NCBI GenBank assembly: GCA_963716175.1
Contig: OY970296.1
Span: 3,680,001 to 3,744,000 of the forward strand
Origin: an uncultured Armatimonadetes bacterium
GTDB taxonomy: Bacteria > Armatimonadota > Hebobacteria > Hebobacterales > Hebobacteraceae
Reading direction: 5' to 3'
DNA length: 64,000 nt
Shown here: positions 59,202 through 64,000 of the stretch, in pieces
Layout: each line of letters begins with the position of its first letter
How positions within the stretch are numbered: the stretch's first letter is position 1
Position numbers and translations under genes: made by a program
Notes under the pieces: model-generated
Seen by the model: only the letters and a program-made list of their open reading frames with translations
Databases searched by the model: none
What the model was told of the DNA's origin: nothing

Positions 59202-59347
59202 TGGGCCCCCTCCTCCGCCATGGCTCACATCGAAATCCCATCCCAGCTATCGCATGAGTGCTGCGGCGGGCATGCGAAGACATGCCCGCCCTACAGTCCT
59301 TCCATCCGTGTTCATCGGCGCCCATCTGCGGACAGGCCGTTCGCCGT

Positions 59348-60331
59348 TCACCCCTCCACAAACTGCCCCATCCCCCGCAGCTTCCGATACCGCGCTTCGA
59401 CCAGATCGTCTAGCGGGATTCCACCCAATCGCGCCAGGCTCCGCGTGATGGCTTCCTTCACCAGCCGCGCCGCCTCCAGCGGGTCCTTGTGCGCGCCGCC
59501 CAGGGGCTCGGGCACGATCTCGTCAATCACGCCGAGGGCGAGGGTCTGCTTGGCCGAGATCCGCAGGGCCTCCGCGGCCTCCGGGCCCCGGCTGGGATCG
59601 CGCCCGAACGCGTCCAGGATCACCGCGCACGATTCCGGCGGGATGACGGAATAGATGGCGTGCTCCAGCATCATCACATGGTCGCCCACCGCGATCCCGA
59701 TCGCCCCTCCGCTGCCGCCCTCTCCGATCACCATCACCACGATCGGTGTCCGCAGCAGTGACATCAGCGCCAGATTCTCGGCGATGGCGTTGGCGATGCC
59801 CCGCTCCTCCGCCTCCAGCCGCGATTCCGCGGCCGGAGTATCCACGAAGCTGATTACCGGCATCCGCAGCTTCTCCGCCAACCGCATCACCCGCGCCGCC
59901 TTGCGATAGCCCTCGGGGCGCGCGCTGCCGAAGTTGCGGAACTGCCTCTCCTTCACCTCCCGCCCCTTCTGATGGCCGATCACGGCCACCCGCAGGCCCT
60001 CCAGTGAGGCCAACCCCGCCACCATGGCAGGGTCGTCGCCGAAGCGCCGATCCCCGTGCAGCTCCACGAAGTCCTCGAACACCGCGCCCACATAGTCCAG
60101 CGTGTAGGGCCGGTCCACATGGCGAGCCAGCAGCACGTTATCCCATGCCGTCAGCATAGTGAACACCTCGCGGGTGACTTGCTCCTGCCTCCGGCGCAGC
60201 TCGTCCACCTGCTGCCTCAGCCGCGCCCGCCGCTCCTCGCTGATGCCGCGCGCGGTCAGCAGCCGCTCCAGCTTCTGAATATCCCCCTCCAGCTCGCGCA
60301 GCTGGCGATCGAAGCTGGGCCACCTACTCAT
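59348..60331 (-). CDS. accA: acetyl-CoA carboxylase carboxyltransferase alpha
   Basis: ELHGDRRFGDD, GHQKG, PEGYRKA, GEGGSGGA, EPLGGAH. Confidence 0.96.
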   Translation of the reverse strand: MSRWPSFDRQLRELEGDIQKLERLLTARGISEERRARLRQQVDELRRRQEQVTREVFTMLTAWDNVLLARHVDRPYTLDYVGAVFEDFVELHGDRRFGDDPAMVAGLASLEGLRVAVIGHQKGREVKERQFRNFGSARPEGYRKAARVMRLAEKLRMPVISFVDTPAAESRLEAEERGIANAIAENLALMSLLRTPIVVMVIGEGGSGGAIGIAVGDHVMMLEHAIYSVIPPESCAVILDAFGRDPSRGPEAAEALRISAKQTLALGVIDEIVPEPLGGAHKDPLEAARLVKEAITRSLARLGGIPLDDLVEARYRKLRGMGQFVEG

Positions 60332-61190
60332 CCGGGGTCTCCTGACCTGGCAGGCTGGGAGCCTGCGCTACCGGGCCGGACAGCAGGCGGAGCAGGCGGA
60401 CCAGCAGTGGCCGCACCTCTCTGCGTGTCACCACCAGGTCAAGCATCCCGTGCTGGTGCTGGAACTCGGCGGTATGGCTCCCCAGGGGCAGCTTGATCCT
60501 GAAAGCCTGCTCGATCACCCGGGGGCCGGCGAATCCAATCAACGCTTCCCGCTCGGCGATGGCGACGTCTCCCAGGGAGGCGAAGCTGGCGAACACCCCG
60601 GCGGTGAGCGGATCGGTGCCCACGGTGATGAACGGAACCCGCGCCTGCCCCAGCCGGGCCACCATCGCCGCGGTCTTGGCCATCTGCATCAGGGAGACGA
60701 TCCCCTCCTGCATCCGCGCCCCACCCGAGCAGAGGAACCCCAGCAATGGGGATTGGCGCTCGACCGCTCGCTCGGTGGCGCGGGCGAACTTCTCCCCCAG
60801 CACCGCACCCATGCTACCGCCCATGAAGTTGAAGTCCATCACCAACAGCACCACCGGCAAGCCCTCGATGGTGCACTCTCCCCACACCATGGAGTCGGCC
60901 AACCCAGTGCGGCCCTCGGAGTCAGAGAGCTTCTCCCGGTAGCCGGGGAAGCGCAGGGGGTCGCTCGACCGCAGCCCCTGGTCCTGCTCCCGAAAGGAGC
61001 CGCTGTCGGCGGTGATGGCAATCCTCTCCCGTGCGCTCAGCCGGCGGTGATGCCCGCAGTGGCGGCAGACGTACAGCTCCTCCTCCAGCTCCCGCTGGTA
61101 GAGCATCTCTCCGCACTTGGGGCACTTGCTCCACAGGCCCGCCGGCACGCCCTCGACGTTCTCCCGGCTGCTAGCCTCTTGTTCGCTCAA
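60324..61190 (-). CDS. accD: acetyl-CoA carboxylase carboxyltransferase beta
   Basis: WSKCPKC..CRHC, FMGGSMG, SGGARMQEG, GFAGPRVI. Confidence 0.96.
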   Translation of the reverse strand: MSEQEASSRENVEGVPAGLWSKCPKCGEMLYQRELEEELYVCRHCGHHRRLSARERIAITADSGSFREQDQGLRSSDPLRFPGYREKLSDSEGRTGLADSMVWGECTIEGLPVVLLVMDFNFMGGSMGAVLGEKFARATERAVERQSPLLGFLCSGGARMQEGIVSLMQMAKTAAMVARLGQARVPFITVGTDPLTAGVFASFASLGDVAIAEREALIGFAGPRVIEQAFRIKLPLGSHTAEFQHQHGMLDLVVTRREVRPLLVRLLRLLSGPVAQAPSLPGQETPDE

Positions 61191-61368
61191 GAACCGCCTC
61201 CATTCGTCCCAATCCCACTTGCAGGGCGCGGTTTCCCGATGGCCAGGCCCTCCGGGCCTAGGGACATCCCGGCCTCCGCAGGCCTAGAAACCGCGCCTGG
61301 CGGCATCGGGAGACGCCGCCCTTCAGGCGCAAAAGGTGGCCTCGCTGGTGTCGGAGAACCTCGCGCTC

Positions 61369-62436
61369 ATGGACATCGGCGAGATCAGGAAAGACATTGA
61401 CGACCTGGACAACGCCCTGCTGGACCTGCTCAACCGCCGGGCCGAGCAGGTGCTCGCCATCGGCCGGTGCAAGGAGCACAACGGCGCGCTGGTGTTCGAC
61501 CCGGCGCGGGAACGACAGATCCTGGATCGCCTCGCCGGCCGCAGCCGGGGGCCGCTTTCGTCGCAGGCCCTCGCAGAGATCTTCGGCGCCATCTTCGCGG
61601 TCCACCGCCTGCTGGAGAAACGGCTCACCGTGGTCTATTTCGGCGGGGCCGGCTCCTTCAGCCACATCGCGGCCCGGCGCAAGTTCGGCGATGCTGCCGA
61701 CCTGGGGCCGGCCGACGCCACGGCCGACCTCTTTCAGGCAGTGGAGAAGAAGGAGGCGGACCTGGGCGTGGTTCCCATCGAGAACACCACCGCCGGGGTG
61801 GTGCCTCTCACCCTGGACGCGCTGGCGGAGTCCAAGCTCAGCATCTGCGCCGAGATCTACGTGGATATCGAGCACTCTCTGCTCTCCCACTGCCGGGAGC
61901 TAGAAGATATCAAGCGCGTCTACTCTCACCCCCAACCCCTGGCGCAGTGTCGCATCTGGCTCCGCTCTCATCTGCCTCGGGTGGAGGTGGTCTCGGTGGG
62001 CAGCACTGCCCGCGCCGCCGAACTCGCCGCGGCCGAGCCCGACTCGGCTGCCATCGGCCCGGCACTGGCAGCGGAACTGCACCAGATCCCCGTGCTCCGC
62101 GCTCAGATCCATGACCAGGCCGACAACCGCACTCGTTTCTTCGTGGTGGGCCAGGCCCCGGCCCTTCCCAGCGGCCGGGATAAGACTTCCCTCCTGTTCT
62201 CGGTGCCGCATCAGGCCGGCGCCCTCCACCGCGCCCTGGGCGTGTTCAGCAGCCATCACATCAACATGACCTTCATCCAGTCTCATCCCACCAAGCGGAC
62301 GCCATGGGAGTACATGTTCTTTGTGGATGTGCAGGGCCACGCCGATCAGCCGCCCCTCGCCCAGGCGCTGGCCGAGCTGCGGGAGCAGACCTCGCTGCTG
62401 CGCGTGCTCGGCTCCTATCCCGAGGAGTTCCCTTAG
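61369..62436 (+). CDS. pheA: bifunctional chorismate mutase/prephenate dehydratase
   Basis: IRKDIDDLD..LL, PIENT, YSHPQ, STARAA, NRTRF, ACT domain. Confidence 0.95.
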   Translation: MDIGEIRKDIDDLDNALLDLLNRRAEQVLAIGRCKEHNGALVFDPARERQILDRLAGRSRGPLSSQALAEIFGAIFAVHRLLEKRLTVVYFGGAGSFSHIAARRKFGDAADLGPADATADLFQAVEKKEADLGVVPIENTTAGVVPLTLDALAESKLSICAEIYVDIEHSLLSHCRELEDIKRVYSHPQPLAQCRIWLRSHLPRVEVVSVGSTARAAELAAAEPDSAAIGPALAAELHQIPVLRAQIHDQADNRTRFFVVGQAPALPSGRDKTSLLFSVPHQAGALHRALGVFSSHHINMTFIQSHPTKRTPWEYMFFVDVQGHADQPPLAQALAELREQTSLLRVLGSYPEEFP

Positions 62437-62472
62437 TAGGAACCTTGTAGGACGCGGTTTCCGGACCGCGCC

Positions 62473-63129
62473 TCACGATCCCGCGGGACGACGCGAGCCT
62501 TTCCCTCGCCGGCCGGAGCCCGACTTGTCCGCCGTAGCTCCAGCGGAGGCGGACTTGTCCCCAGTGGCTCTAGCGGAGGCGGACTTGTCCCCAGTGGCTC
62601 TAGCGGAGGCGGACTTGTCCCCAGTGGCTCTAGCGGAGGCGGACTTGTCCCCAGTAGCTTCAGCGGAGGGGGATTCCGGCTCGCTCTCCGCTTCTCCTGC
62701 CGGCCAGGCGAAGGCGCGAGGCAGCAGCTCGCTCAGCTCGAACTCCCGGCGGAGATCGCCCCGGCCCACGGAGAGAATGGGGAGTTGAGCGCAGAACTCG
62801 GCCAGCGCCTGGCGGCAGGCCCCGCACGGAGAAAGGGGCCCGGCATCCGGGGTGTAGATGACCAGGCCGTCGAGTTCCGCGTTCCCCTCCGCCACCGCCC
62901 GGAATAGCGCCGCCCGCTCCGCGCAGATGGTCAGGCCGAACGAGGAGTTCTCGACATTGCACCCGGCGAAGATCCGCCCTCGCCGCCCCCGCAGCGCTGC
63001 TCCCACCCTGAGATGCGAGTAGGGCGCGTAGGCCTGCTGGCTCACCTCCCGCGCCGCCGCCAACAGTTCCTCCCACTCCCCGGGCGCGAGCCCGCGGGAG
63101 CTACCGGTCGGCCGCCTCTGGCTTCTCAT
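62473..63129 (-). CDS. cdd: cytidine deaminase with repeat-derived C-terminal extension
   Basis: AYAPYS, GCNVEN, TICAER, PCGACRQ, ELLP. Confidence 0.92.
   Translation of the reverse strand: MRSQRRPTGSSRGLAPGEWEELLAAAREVSQQAYAPYSHLRVGAALRGRRGRIFAGCNVENSSFGLTICAERAALFRAVAEGNAELDGLVIYTPDAGPLSPCGACRQALAEFCAQLPILSVGRGDLRREFELSELLPRAFAWPAGEAESEPESPSAEATGDKSASARATGDKSASARATGDKSASARATGDKSASAGATADKSGSGRRGKGSRRPAGS
62521..62670. repeat. 5 x 30-bp tandem repeat inside the cdd 3' end
   Basis: Unit ggacttgtccccagtggctctagcggaggc; units 2-4 are identical; encodes SASARATGDK. Confidence 0.92.
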
Positions 63130-64000
63130 CCTCCTCTTCCTCCGGGCTGCGCACCACCCGCACGCGCAGAATGCGATTCTCCGAAACCGCCTCCACCGTG
63201 AACTCCAGGTTCCGCCAGCTCACCTTCTCGCCCACCACCGGAAGTCGGCCCAGCTGCTCGAGGATGAACCCGCCCACGCTGTCGAAATCACCCTCCGGGA
63301 GGGCCACGCCCAGCCGGTCATCAATCTCATCTGTGCTCACCCGAGCATCCACGATCAGCGTATCCTCGGAGACCACGCGCACCGGCTCCGCCTCCACGTC
63401 GTACTCGTCCCGCAGCTCGCCGAAGATCTCCTCCAGCAGGTCCTCGATGGTGACCAGCCCGGCCGTCCCGCCGTACTCGTCAATCACGATCGCCATGTGG
63501 AGGCGGCCGCGCTGCATCAGGCGCAGCACTTCACTCACCTTCTTGCTCTCCGGCACCACCGGCACCGGCTTGCGCGCGATCTCGGCCGCGGTGAGGCCCG
63601 CGCCGTCGCTCTCCAGCGCCACCACGATGTCCTTCGCATAGACGATGCCGATGATGTGGTCCACGTCCTTCTCGTAGACCGGCAAGCGGGAGTAGCCGCT
63701 CTCCGCGCTCACCCGCGCCGCCTCCAGCAGTGTCGCCTTCGCCGGCAGGCAAGCTATGTCGGTGCGCGGTGTCATCACCTCTCGCGCCACCATGTCGGCG
63801 AACTCGATCACGCCGCGGATCATCTCCTTCTCTTCCTCTTCGATCCCCCCCTCGGCCTCCCCCACCGAGACCAGGGCCATCATCTCCTCGTCGGAGTAGC
63901 TCGGCTTGGCCGCCGTCACTTCCCCTCCGAACACCGGAGTCACCAGATACCTGATCAGCCACAGCGCCACCAGATAGAGCACATGGCCGAAGGGCCGGAG
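63101..64000 (-). CDS. HlyC/CorC (CBS-domain) family protein, 3' part; start beyond window
   Basis: AREVMTPR, GYSRLPVY, IDEYGGTAGLVTIEDLLEEIFGE, CorC C-terminal domain. Confidence 0.92.
   Translation of the reverse strand, partial: LRPFGHVLYLVALWLIRYLVTPVFGGEVTAAKPSYSDEEMMALVSVGEAEGGIEEEEKEMIRGVIEFADMVAREVMTPRTDIACLPAKATLLEAARVSAESGYSRLPVYEKDVDHIIGIVYAKDIVVALESDGAGLTAAEIARKPVPVVPESKKVSEVLRLMQRGRLHMAIVIDEYGGTAGLVTIEDLLEEIFGELRDEYDVEAEPVRVVSEDTLIVDARVSTDEIDDRLGVALPEGDFDSVGGFILEQLGRLPVVGEKVSWRNLEFTVEAVSENRILRVRVVRSPEEEEDEKPEAADR

Noticed and set aside
59200-59222. attR-like tRNA 3' duplication (ccccctcctccgcca)
   Set aside because: It does not match the 3' end of the adjacent tRNA-Leu.
62521-62670. 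CRISPR array
   Set aside because: The repeats are contiguous with no spacers, and there are no cas genes.

Overview
High-GC bacterial chromosomal window that is mostly housekeeping genes. It contains the yceD-rpmF-plsX-fabHDG-acpP-fabF operon, continuing into HAD-spoIID-anmK-apgM, and also pfkA-fba, glnA-nadE, rplY, prs, gap-pgk-tpiA, uvrB/uvrA/uvrC, coaE-rpsA-polA-sppA, accDA, pheA, cdd, tRNA-Gln(UUG) and tRNA-Leu(CAA). Gene content and the TpiA loop insertion suggest Armatimonadota; this is an inference, not a search result. Seven single-base frameshifts, mostly in housekeeping genes, point to an unpolished long-read assembly, and the five +1 shifts cluster at (GAG)CGCG. The most notable signals are: (1) an actinobacterial-type GlnR regulator with a GAAAC-N6-GAAAC box in front of glnA; (2) a c-di-GMP-I riboswitch ahead of an HD-GYP/GAF/GGDEF gene; (3) several families of short palindromic repeats (REP-like) that occur between genes and also inserted in-frame in anmK, spoIID, the HAD gene, uvrC, accD and cdd; (4) a 23-aa-repeat gene bracketed by 36-bp palindromic direct repeats just downstream of tRNA-Leu; (5) an unexplained + strand structured RNA at about 24.65-24.87 kb; (6) an AbiJ-like plus vapBC islet inside the uvr cluster; (7) an unannotated 42-aa Lys-rich ORF after prs. 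No CRISPR array, prophage or transposase was seen.
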